In this document: piece by piece, positions 20,849-29,123 of the stretch
How positions within the stretch are numbered: the first letter of the stretch is position 1
Layout of the letters: every line of letters starts with the position of its first letter
IMG/VR virus record: IMGVR_UViG_3300033076_000704
Location: 1 to 63,790 of that record
Direction: 5' to 3' (one strand)
Origin: a virus
Taxonomy: Duplodnaviria > Caudoviricetes
DNA: 63,790 nt
Translations under genes and position numbers: made by a program
Notes under the pieces: generated by a model
Seen by the model: only the letters and a program-made list of their open reading frames with translations
Databases searched by the model: none
What the model was told of the DNA's origin: nothing

Positions 20849-21232
20849 ATGGCAATAGATGAAGCAGTTTTGAGAAAAGTCGGCGCAAGCTATAGAATCG
20901 GCGGCTTTGACGCTGAGGCGTGCGAGATATTGGTGACGTATGTTGTGGGGTTTGAACCGTGTGAATTCGAGTCTTGGCTTGCCAAAGAGCCAGAGCTGCG
21001 GCAGCGTGTGGAATCGGGGCGTATACTGGCTAGGGGCGCGTGGGATAAGGCCATTAGGGAAGGGGCGCGAGTGCTGCCCGATTGGTATTATAGCGCCCCG
21101 CTGCCAGAAGTTAGGGAGCTACTAGCGCTGGCCTGTCAGGCTGCGGAGCGCTGCCCGATTGGAAGCAGTGAAAGAGAGCGTGAGTTTAAGAATGTTGAGC
21201 GTATTTTAGCGGCGATTAAGCGGCAGGGTTAA
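20849..21232 (+). CDS. possible terminase-small-subunit-like / HTH DNA-packaging protein
   Basis: G..DAEAC.IL......F..W....PEL...V..G...A..AW pattern resembles gp3-type TerS N-termini. Confidence 0.4.
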   Translation: MAIDEAVLRKVGASYRIGGFDAEACEILVTYVVGFEPCEFESWLAKEPELRQRVESGRILARGAWDKAIREGARVLPDWYYSAPLPEVRELLALACQAAERCPIGSSEREREFKNVERILAAIKRQG

Positions 21233-21485
21233 GGGTAATATTCAGAATAGGGCGGCAATCGGGTTTTAAAGCATATTACAGAAGGATTAGGGGCACTGGG
21301 TACTGCTGGGTAGCCTGAGCCTGCGTCCTGCGTGCTGCCGCGCTCCCTGCTGGCCAATGGCGGAAAACCGCGCAGACCCTACCCCCCCGTTTCTGTGTAG
21401 TCGTGGCGGTGGCATTGGCCCCCCAATTTCACAGCAAAAAAATCCAAACCTGCTTGCAAGGTAGTAGTGTGCAGGCTGACCGACA

Positions 21486-21749
21486 TAGACAATTTGTCTA
21501 TAAGATACGCATTAAACCCGCACCTAGATAAATTGTCCATAGACAGAATGTCTCATTATAGACATATTTTCATAGACATTTTATCTATAAATAGACAGAA
21601 TGTCATCGACAAAATAGCACTTTTGGACAAATTGTCATAGAAATATTGTCTCATATAGGAAATAATGTCATCGACAAAATGTCTATTATATGACATATTA
21701 TCTATAGACGATATGTCTACTAGAAATAATTACATAGAAAGAATGTCTA
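21486..21749. repeat. Array of 15 imperfect palindromes, consensus TAGACA-N3-TGTCTA
   Basis: Copies mapped individually; alternating 14/19-bp spacing; ends 1 bp before the ATG at 21751. Confidence 0.9.
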
Positions 21750-21750
21750 T

Positions 21751-22143
21751 ATGATAAAAGAATGGCGTGCGGAGAGAGGGATAAGTCAGGTAAAATTGGC
21801 TGAGATGCTGGGAGTGACGTTGCGAACTGTGAGTAGGTGGGAGGCGGCGGGGTATAAGAGTAGGATGTTGGAGCTGGCGCTTAAGGGGTTGGAGGCGCCA
21901 ATGCTTAAGGTAACATCGCCCCCAGCGCCTAAATCAAACGAAGGTGAATATATATCGTTATTGGAGGCGATTGGGATAACAATAGAAGAGTGGCATGCAG
22001 TTGATGATGTGGAGACAAAGCTTGGTATGATGAAAAAGGCAGCTCGTATTTCGCCTCGTCTTTATAAGAAGGCGTATGAAGAGGATTTAAGGAAGGCGAA
22101 AATGAATGACGAGGATATAGAGGAGTGGGAGGGGGAGTATTAG
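21751..22143 (+). CDS. XRE-family HTH regulator with C-terminal extension
   Basis: ISQVKLAEMLGVTLRTVSRWE. Confidence 0.88.
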   Translation: MIKEWRAERGISQVKLAEMLGVTLRTVSRWEAAGYKSRMLELALKGLEAPMLKVTSPPAPKSNEGEYISLLEAIGITIEEWHAVDDVETKLGMMKKAARISPRLYKKAYEEDLRKAKMNDEDIEEWEGEY

Positions 22144-22307
22144 AAGGCGTTAAAAGACGGCGGCATGGCAGCGCAAAGAGGGTGGTTTGAGTTAGTATAC
22201 TGGGGATAACCGGATTGAACCTGCTTTTAGTGGTGGATAAGTAATTTGAACCTGCTTTTAGTGAGGAACCTGCTTGCAAGCTAAAATGGATGTGGTAAGG
22301 TAACCAT

Positions 22308-22487
22308 ATGGCTAATCATCGCAAATCAGTAACGACTCAGTGGGAGCGGGAACTGCCGCAAGGAGTATGGACGCCTTGTGTAAGTGGATGGTGGCTTAGG
22401 ATGCAGGGGATGAGCGATGGCGAGATAGATGAGATATTAGACCCCACGGGGGAGATAAGGAGATGGTGCAAAAATGGCAAACCATAA
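22308..22487 (+). CDS. 59-aa hypothetical protein (not in ORF track)
   Basis: MANHRKSVTTQWER...; AAGG RBS; overlaps start of next gene. Confidence 0.5.
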   Translation: MANHRKSVTTQWERELPQGVWTPCVSGWWLRMQGMSDGEIDEILDPTGEIRRWCKNGKP

Positions 22488-22665
22488 ACGCAGCGTCACC
22501 ACGCTTGTTAACTTCCATCTGCCTATAAGGTTGGTGGATAGGCTTAACGCATATGTAGCGGATGGCAGGCGTACTAAGGTGAGTGTGGCCATAGCGGCGC
22601 TGGAGGAATGGCTGGAGAGGAACGAGCCTGCTAAGGGTGGGCAGGAGTTGGATGGGGGGATATGA
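22474..22665 (+). CDS. ribbon-helix-helix DNA-binding protein
   Basis: VNFHLP..LVDRL..Y......K..V..AALEEWL. Confidence 0.75.
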   Translation: MANHKRSVTTLVNFHLPIRLVDRLNAYVADGRRTKVSVAIAALEEWLERNEPAKGGQELDGGI

Positions 22666-22790
22666 CACTAACACCTGACGAGCGATATAGATACGAGGAG
22701 CGTGCTGCTATAATGGAGTATGATGGCGGCTTGCCGAGGGCTGAGGCTGAGAGACTGGCACTGGAGGAGGTGATGAGTGACACCCCGTGA
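22662..22790 (+). CDS. 42-aa EERAAIMEYDGG-motif protein (not in ORF track)
   Basis: MTLTPDERYRYEERAAIMEYDGGLPRAEAERLA; ATGA overlap. Confidence 0.65.
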   Translation: MTLTPDERYRYEERAAIMEYDGGLPRAEAERLALEEVMSDTP

Positions 22791-23232
22791 GCAACAATTC
22801 GTGCAATACATACTTCGCGGCAAGGATGCAGCGTATGCAGCGCATTGTTCCGGCGTGAGGTATGACTGCGTGCCAACGGATATGCGTGCGCCTCATGTGA
22901 TAGCGGAGGAGCTTATGCAGCGTGCCGATATAATTATGGCTATAGGCGATAGGCCGGAGGGTAGCCAAGTAACTAAAGAGCTACTGGTTGCAGATGCGTA
23001 TGAGATAAAAGAGAGGGCGCTGGCAGATGAGAGATATAGTGAGGCTATAAATGCACTCAAGCTGGTTGGTGACTTCGAGGGATTGAGAGCGCAGAAGTTG
23101 GATATAACGGTGAAAAAGGAGGCGACTCAGATGAGTGAGGCTGAGTTATTGCAGATAATAAATGGTGGCTCATCTGGTAAGCTGCTGGATGTAACACCGA
23201 GTAAGGTGGAGGTAGGGGATGGAGGTGCGTAG
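22777..23232 (+). CDS. terS: terminase small subunit
   Basis: TPREQQFVQYI..G.DA.YAA..SG N-terminus, A..ALKL, MSEAEL; upstream of TerL. Confidence 0.65.
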   Translation: MTPREQQFVQYILRGKDAAYAAHCSGVRYDCVPTDMRAPHVIAEELMQRADIIMAIGDRPEGSQVTKELLVADAYEIKERALADERYSEAINALKLVGDFEGLRAQKLDITVKKEATQMSEAELLQIINGGSSGKLLDVTPSKVEVGDGGA

Positions 23233-24339
23233 TCGTAAAGAGTTGCTTGGATATGTTCTATATAATAAGCACACAAAGGGATGGAACGCACTTAGATGGG
23301 ATGGTCGGTGGGGCGCATTTGAAAGCGAGAAGGAAGCGGCTAGATGGCTTAAGAATACGAGGGCATGGTGATGCCTGACTGGGTTACAGAGCACCTGTAT
23401 GATGGTGATAGAGTTATAGGTTCGGTAGAGGAGTTACAGTATGGCTGGCTCGCTACTCGTGAGGCTAAAACTAAATGGTGTGAGAGCAAGGAGAAGGCGA
23501 TGAGATGGGTTGAACAATCAGATAAAGGAGAGTGATATGAGCTACAAAGAGCGTATGGCAAATATGGATAAATTATTTGCGGATAAAGAGCGGGTGAAGA
23601 AAGAGTATTTCTTGCATTTTAGCGATGGAACGCAGGGATGGCTCTTTGATTGCATTGGATGGGTTGATGATAATGTAATTAATTTAAAGTGGGACACTAC
23701 TGGCATTAAGGATGTTGGTGATTTTAAGTTCAAGCCCGGATTGGGTGTAAAAGCTAAAGAGGTGTGGGAGAAGATAGGGCGAGAGGATGTGTCGCTTGAG
23801 GTAGTGAGGAGTGTGTTAGAGGTATTAGATGCAGGTAACTGAGCAGATCACGATAAAAGCAGAGGGCGTAGAGATACCTGTTGTAGCACTCAGAGAGCCG
23901 CTTATTGTGTGTATGGTGTTGCTGGTAGCTATATTGGTAGCGATGTGGATACGGAGGCGTAATGGCTGAGGTATTTGCACTACTGTTCTTGGCGGGCTTA
24001 TTTACTGGTGTTGCATGGGTGCTATTCACTATATTCGGTGTATGGGGTATAGTATTTGGGGTAATGTTAGTAATTATAATGGGGGCAGTGAGGGGATGAA
24101 AAAAGTAATCCGCCTATCTGATGTAAAAAATGATTGTCGCCTTATCTCGCCAGCAGATACATTGCGTGATGCGTTGCATGATATTGAGAATGGCGAGAAG
24201 AAGCCGAATAAGCTGATGGTGTTGATGTTAGATGACACGAATGGAAAGTATGATGCGAGCTTCTATTGTAGCAATCTGAAGGCGAGTGAGGTGATTGCGT
24301 TATTTGAGATAGAAAAGGATATCTTTGTGAGGATGATAA

Positions 24340-24867
24340 ATGATTAGAGAGACAGCAGCCAAGTACTTTAAATATATTCAAGAGCGCTCACAGCTAGTGA
24401 ACGGCGAGTATTTTTTTGGAAAGAAATTCGATGTGCAATATTGGGCTATTATTGAATGGATAAGAGGTGATTTTTTTCTTGATGAATACTTCAAGGGGCT
24501 AAGTAAATACGGCGATGAGTTATGGCTATATATTGAGGATGATAAATTTGCTTACTGGTGTGAAGGTGCTCAATATAGACCTAAGAGTTTAGATGCTGCC
24601 AACTGGACTGATGTGAAAGATAATGTTGAAGCGGTAGCAAATATGGCAAGCAATATGCTTGATGGTGGTGTGAGTATAATACCGCCTGATTGTGAGTTTG
24701 AGCTGAAGCAGATAATGATTCCGTGGGATATGGGATTTGAGCCTGAGAAGGTGGTGGAAGGTGTTAAGCAGATAAACTTCAAAGGGTGGCGTGATGGCGC
24801 GAGATTCAGGCCGGTATATACATTTGATAGCTGGGGGATAGAGGCATGGATGAAGGTTACAGGATAG
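24340..24867 (+). CDS. hypothetical protein
   Basis: 175-aa coupled ORF between terS and terL. Confidence 0.55.
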   Translation: MIRETAAKYFKYIQERSQLVNGEYFFGKKFDVQYWAIIEWIRGDFFLDEYFKGLSKYGDELWLYIEDDKFAYWCEGAQYRPKSLDAANWTDVKDNVEAVANMASNMLDGGVSIIPPDCEFELKQIMIPWDMGFEPEKVVEGVKQINFKGWRDGARFRPVYTFDSWGIEAWMKVTG

Positions 24868-25086
24868 GCCGCGACATACAAGTCGCCATATTAAATAATG
24901 ATTGGGTGAAGTCGCTCAAGCATCCTGATTGCAGATATGCTTATATGGGCGATGGCAAGGTGAGCTATTTGGTATCGGAGAGATTTTGCCCATTCTGGGG
25001 AAAGAAATATCCAGCGCAAAAAGATTTTGAATATGCCATGCGTAAACTTGATATGAACTGGAAGCAGATATTAGAGGCGCAGGAGA

Positions 25087-27465
25087 GTGGTAACTAGAGA
25101 AGAAGCTGCTGCTGAGTTGTTGTCGCGAAAGAGGGCGGCAGAGAGTCTGCACGAGTTTGTGAAGCAGGCTTGGCCGTGGGCAGAGGGTAATAAGCCATTT
25201 GTAGATGGCTGGCATATTCAAGCAATCTGTGAGCATCTACAAGCATTATATAATGGCGATATAAGAAGATTGCTCATTAATATTCCACCAAGATTTTGTA
25301 AATCGACAATTCTTTCTGTGATGTTGCCTGCGTGGTGGTGGATTAGTAGGCCAGAAGAGCAGTTTTTGTATGTTAGTTATGCAATGAATCTCTCTATGCG
25401 CGATAGCGTTAAGTGTAGAAGGGTAATAGAATCACCATGGTATCAGGCGCGATGGAATCATGTATTTCAATTAGCTGGCGACCAAAGCACAAAAATTAGA
25501 TTTGATAATACTAAGTTAGGTTATCGACTTTCAACTTCAGTGGATGGTACTCTAACTGGCGAAGGAGGTTCCGTGATAGGCATGGATGACCCTAACAACG
25601 TCCGTGATAATTCAGATACTATGCTTGATTCAACTATCGAATTTTTTACACAAGTATTTTCCTCGCGACTTAATGACCCAAAAACTGGAAAGATGTTTGT
25701 AATCCAGCAACGCTGCTCAGAGAAGGATATCTCTGGATTTATTCTTGCCAATGATAAGTCAAATTGGACTCACTTATGCCTTCCTCTTGAGTATGAGCCA
25801 GATAGAAAATGTATTACATTTCTTGGAAAAAAAACATGGGAAGACCCACGCACTAAGGCTGGTGAATTGCTGTGGCCAGACCGCATGGGTAGAAAGGAAG
25901 TTAATCAATTAAAAAAAGATTTGGCGTCAGAATATGCGTGCAATCCATATGAAGCTCCAGTTCTTATGGGCGACTTGTCGTTAAAACCTATCGGAGAATT
26001 ACAAATAGGCGATGAGGTAATTGGCTGGTCATTTAACGATAAACCTGTTGAGGAATCTAGTTCTTATGTTAGGCAATCGTTAAAGCGTACTAAAGTCGTT
26101 GATATATTTTCTTCTGTTAAGCCTATTGTCAAAGTTACACTTGATAGCGGAGAGGTAATTCGCTGCACACCTGACCACAGATGGTACGTCCGGTGGAGAA
26201 AGGAAAGGACGAATGGTGCGTACTTACCGGCGGCAGTTGGCCGTAGTCTTTGTAGAATATGTCCACCAAAATTACCAGAATTATCCCCAGAAGACCAGCG
26301 CGTCGCTGGCTGGCTGGCTGGCTTCTTTGATGGAGAGGGTACTGTCTCTTTATGCGGAAAAGATGCTGGCTATAGAGCATCTGCTACCATATCTTTTTTT
26401 CAAGGGGCAGGGAGAAATAAACCGCTATGTGACCGCTTAGAGTATTCTTTGAGACAATTAGGGTTCGACTTTCGGGTTTACGAGGATAAGCGAGTAGATA
26501 AAAAGAACTGCGAAATGTTTCCATATAGGCACTACGCTATAAGAGGGATAGGGCTAATTACATTCCAAAAATTCCTTCACCTAGTTCAACCAACAAAGTG
26601 GCGGCAAAGAATGATGGATGGTGCGCTTAGTACTAAATTTATTCGAGGGCATGAAAAGGTGGTGTCTATCGAGCCAGATGGCGAAGATACAGTTTATTCA
26701 CTCAAGACAGAAACCGGCAACTACGTGGTTTGGGGTCTAGCATCAAAGAACTGCGCGGGTCAATTACAACAACGTCCTGCACCATCAGAGGGCGGCATTA
26801 TCAAGCGCGGATGGTTCAAATTATGGCCAGCGAACAAACCACTGCCAGAATTTGAGTATGTGCTAGATAGTTATGATACGGCATTTACTGAAAAAACAAC
26901 CAATGACCCTACTGCTAAAGGTACATGGGGCATTTTTAAACATGAAGGTCGCTGGTGTGCATTACTTTTAGATTGCTGGACAAAGTTCCTTGAATACCCG
27001 CAACTAAGAAAACAGGTGATAGAAGAATATGGGGCTATGTATGGCGACCCTCCTAGAGCAGTCGACATGATACTTATTGAGGATAAGGGAAGTGGTATTG
27101 CATTAAGAAGAGACTTGCAACAAGCAGGACTTCCTGTTCGCGCTTATAATCCCGGTAAAGCAGATAAAATTCAACGCGCTCACATGATAACACATCTTTT
27201 GGAGTCGGGATTAGTATGGGTGCTTGAAAGTAATGACCCAGATAGAAAGGGTAGGCCAAGAACATGGGTAGAGCCATTCTTAGATGAGGTCGCTATGTTC
27301 CCAAATGGGCGTAGGGATGATAATGTCGACCAAATGACGGGCGCCTTATGGATTCTCAAGGATATGCGTCTTATTGCTGACTTGCCAAAGGTAGTAGAAG
27401 ACGACGAAGACGATTACAAAGAACCATACGAAAGAACGGGAGGGCATAATCCATATGCGGTTTAA
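25087..27465 (+). CDS. terL: terminase large subunit containing an intein
   Basis: LLINIPPRFCKST (Walker A), MDDP (Walker B), QQRP, SYDTA and DDNVD nuclease motifs. Confidence 0.95.
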   Translation: MVTREEAAAELLSRKRAAESLHEFVKQAWPWAEGNKPFVDGWHIQAICEHLQALYNGDIRRLLINIPPRFCKSTILSVMLPAWWWISRPEEQFLYVSYAMNLSMRDSVKCRRVIESPWYQARWNHVFQLAGDQSTKIRFDNTKLGYRLSTSVDGTLTGEGGSVIGMDDPNNVRDNSDTMLDSTIEFFTQVFSSRLNDPKTGKMFVIQQRCSEKDISGFILANDKSNWTHLCLPLEYEPDRKCITFLGKKTWEDPRTKAGELLWPDRMGRKEVNQLKKDLASEYACNPYEAPVLMGDLSLKPIGELQIGDEVIGWSFNDKPVEESSSYVRQSLKRTKVVDIFSSVKPIVKVTLDSGEVIRCTPDHRWYVRWRKERTNGAYLPAAVGRSLCRICPPKLPELSPEDQRVAGWLAGFFDGEGTVSLCGKDAGYRASATISFFQGAGRNKPLCDRLEYSLRQLGFDFRVYEDKRVDKKNCEMFPYRHYAIRGIGLITFQKFLHLVQPTKWRQRMMDGALSTKFIRGHEKVVSIEPDGEDTVYSLKTETGNYVVWGLASKNCAGQLQQRPAPSEGGIIKRGWFKLWPANKPLPEFEYVLDSYDTAFTEKTTNDPTAKGTWGIFKHEGRWCALLLDCWTKFLEYPQLRKQVIEEYGAMYGDPPRAVDMILIEDKGSGIALRRDLQQAGLPVRAYNPGKADKIQRAHMITHLLESGLVWVLESNDPDRKGRPRTWVEPFLDEVAMFPNGRRDDNVDQMTGALWILKDMRLIADLPKVVEDDEDDYKEPYERTGGHNPYAV
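25939..26751 (+). mobile_element. 271-aa intein with LAGLIDADG endonuclease motif
   Basis: Starts Cys (CNPYEAPV), block B CTPDH, WLAGFFDGEG, ends VYSL.TETGNYVVWGLASKN followed by +1 Cys. Confidence 0.9.
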
Positions 27466-28551
27466 ATGGTAATAAGAGTACTTGATAGCGGCCTTGTATC
27501 TAAAGCAGGGCATCACTATAGCTTCGACAAGCGATTAGTGGCAGCAGACCCGACTATTGAGGTATATGGCTTCCGCAATATGGAGCAGAATATACTCATG
27601 GAAGGATGGGCTAAGGGCTTATTTGACCATTGGCTTTATATTCGCACATCAACCAATCAGCATACAATGGTGCTGGATGATTTTATCGCCATATCAGATT
27701 CAGTTGCATACAACTTAACCGCATTACCAGTGCAGGATGGCGACACATTGCTGCTTCATACGGCAGATGCAAAGATGTTATATGGCCTTGGAAGGTGGCT
27801 AAATAGAGAGAAGCCGAAAGTTAAGATACGCATTATACTTGGATTGCCCGGAATGGTAGATGAAAATGGTAAGCCTACTGTATGGCTGCCGTTTTACATG
27901 AAAGCTGTGAATGAAATAGCGTATTGGGGCGGCGATGTGAAATATGGAACACATACCGAGTGGCTAATTGGGGAAGGCAATATGATAGGCGTTAATCCGC
28001 AGGTAGTGCCACCAGCGGCTATGAACGCAACTACACCTAAAGATGAGGTAGATGAGCCTGTATTTGGGTTCCTTGGTCACGCAAACGGCGTTAAAGGGCT
28101 GCAACTACTCTGTCAGGCGATGGATTTGGATAAGGAGGGTAAATTTTTGTGCCAAGTAAATCCACCAGCGCCAATTAGATTACCCAATGTAGATACTATA
28201 CAAGGCGAGCTTACAGGAGAGCAGTATATAAAAGCATTATCAGATATGGATGCCATCATATTACCATACCAACGCAGTTATTATAAGGGGCATATCAGTG
28301 GTGTTTTCTTGGAATCTATAGTTTCAGGGCGTCCGGTTATTATACCAGCAGATACTTGGCTTGAATATGAGGCTAAAAGGTTTGGAATTGGCTATGAAAC
28401 TTTTGAAAGTGGAAATACTACATCACTTTTAATGGCTATTCAGGCTATGAGAAAGAACTGGAAGCAGCATTATACATCAAGTATTAGTAAAATAGAGCAA
28501 TTAACACAAAAATATTCGGTAGAAAGGTACTTAGAATGGGTGAGAAGCTAA
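27466..28551 (+). CDS. GT-B fold glycosyltransferase
   Basis: GHH N-terminal motif, GFLGHA..VKG, DAIILPY...SGVFLES..SG.PVI. Confidence 0.8.
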   Translation: MVIRVLDSGLVSKAGHHYSFDKRLVAADPTIEVYGFRNMEQNILMEGWAKGLFDHWLYIRTSTNQHTMVLDDFIAISDSVAYNLTALPVQDGDTLLLHTADAKMLYGLGRWLNREKPKVKIRIILGLPGMVDENGKPTVWLPFYMKAVNEIAYWGGDVKYGTHTEWLIGEGNMIGVNPQVVPPAAMNATTPKDEVDEPVFGFLGHANGVKGLQLLCQAMDLDKEGKFLCQVNPPAPIRLPNVDTIQGELTGEQYIKALSDMDAIILPYQRSYYKGHISGVFLESIVSGRPVIIPADTWLEYEAKRFGIGYETFESGNTTSLLMAIQAMRKNWKQHYTSSISKIEQLTQKYSVERYLEWVRS

Positions 28552-28796
28552 AAATCAAGTCTTGGGCTGACATTAGACAGGAGGAGGGTAAGTATGTCTT
28601 TGATGTTAAGGATTTTGAAGTTGTGGGGCGTGGGATTACTCTGGATAATGCTTTTGTTAATGCCAAAATAGCTTTATTAAGAAAAATAATGGATAAATTA
28701 GACGCTGGAGAATTGCCGGTAGGTGGAGTAGCAAGGCATTATGGGGATGTTTTGGGGGGTATATGGTTAGAAGTAGAGGTAAATAATGTCGAATAA
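28536..28796 (+). CDS. HicB-like antitoxin N-terminal domain protein
   Basis: EEGKYV..V.DF.V...G.TLD.A..NAK.AL......GELP...GG.W.EVEV. Confidence 0.55.
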   Translation: MGEKLKIKSWADIRQEEGKYVFDVKDFEVVGRGITLDNAFVNAKIALLRKIMDKLDAGELPVGGVARHYGDVLGGIWLEVEVNNVE

Positions 28797-28989
28797 AATC
28801 AGGTTTGATAAGGTATATGAGTTCCTTGACGCTAATGGGTATGATGTTACGAGTTTCTGTGGATTTCTTGGCATACCAAAGCAGCGTTATTTGGATTTAG
28901 AATCAGGTGCAGAGCCAGATGACATAGAAATAGCCGCTTTTTGTGATTGCTTGGGATTTCACCCAAACATAATGGTTGAAAAGAAATAA
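28786..28989 (+). CDS. XRE-like HTH protein
   Basis: F..FLGI.KQRY..LESG..P.......CDCLG. Confidence 0.6.
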   Translation: MSNKIRFDKVYEFLDANGYDVTSFCGFLGIPKQRYLDLESGAEPDDIEIAAFCDCLGFHPNIMVEKK

Positions 28990-29051
28990 AGGGTGTGTAT
29001 ATATTGAATCGGTATTCATAAATACCCTAATTGATATTTAGCTGCAAAGCC

Positions 29052-29087
29052 TGCCCTCATAATGCAAACCGTGGGGGCATTTTTTTT
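29052..29087 (+). terminator. intrinsic terminator before portal
   Basis: TGCCCTCAT / GTGGGGGCA stem followed by T8. Confidence 0.65.
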
Positions 29088-29123
29088 ATTCCTTACTTAT
29101 ACTAATGTGTTATCCTAGTAACC

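Noticed and set aside
21486-21749. CRISPR mini-array or coding repeat
   Set aside because: Units are about 15 bp with essentially no spacers, and 14/19-bp spacing shifts frame.
24340-24867. Possible fragment of a Mu-like (DUF935) portal (IIPPDCEFEL)
   Set aside because: Resemblance is limited to a few residues; cannot be supported without a profile search.
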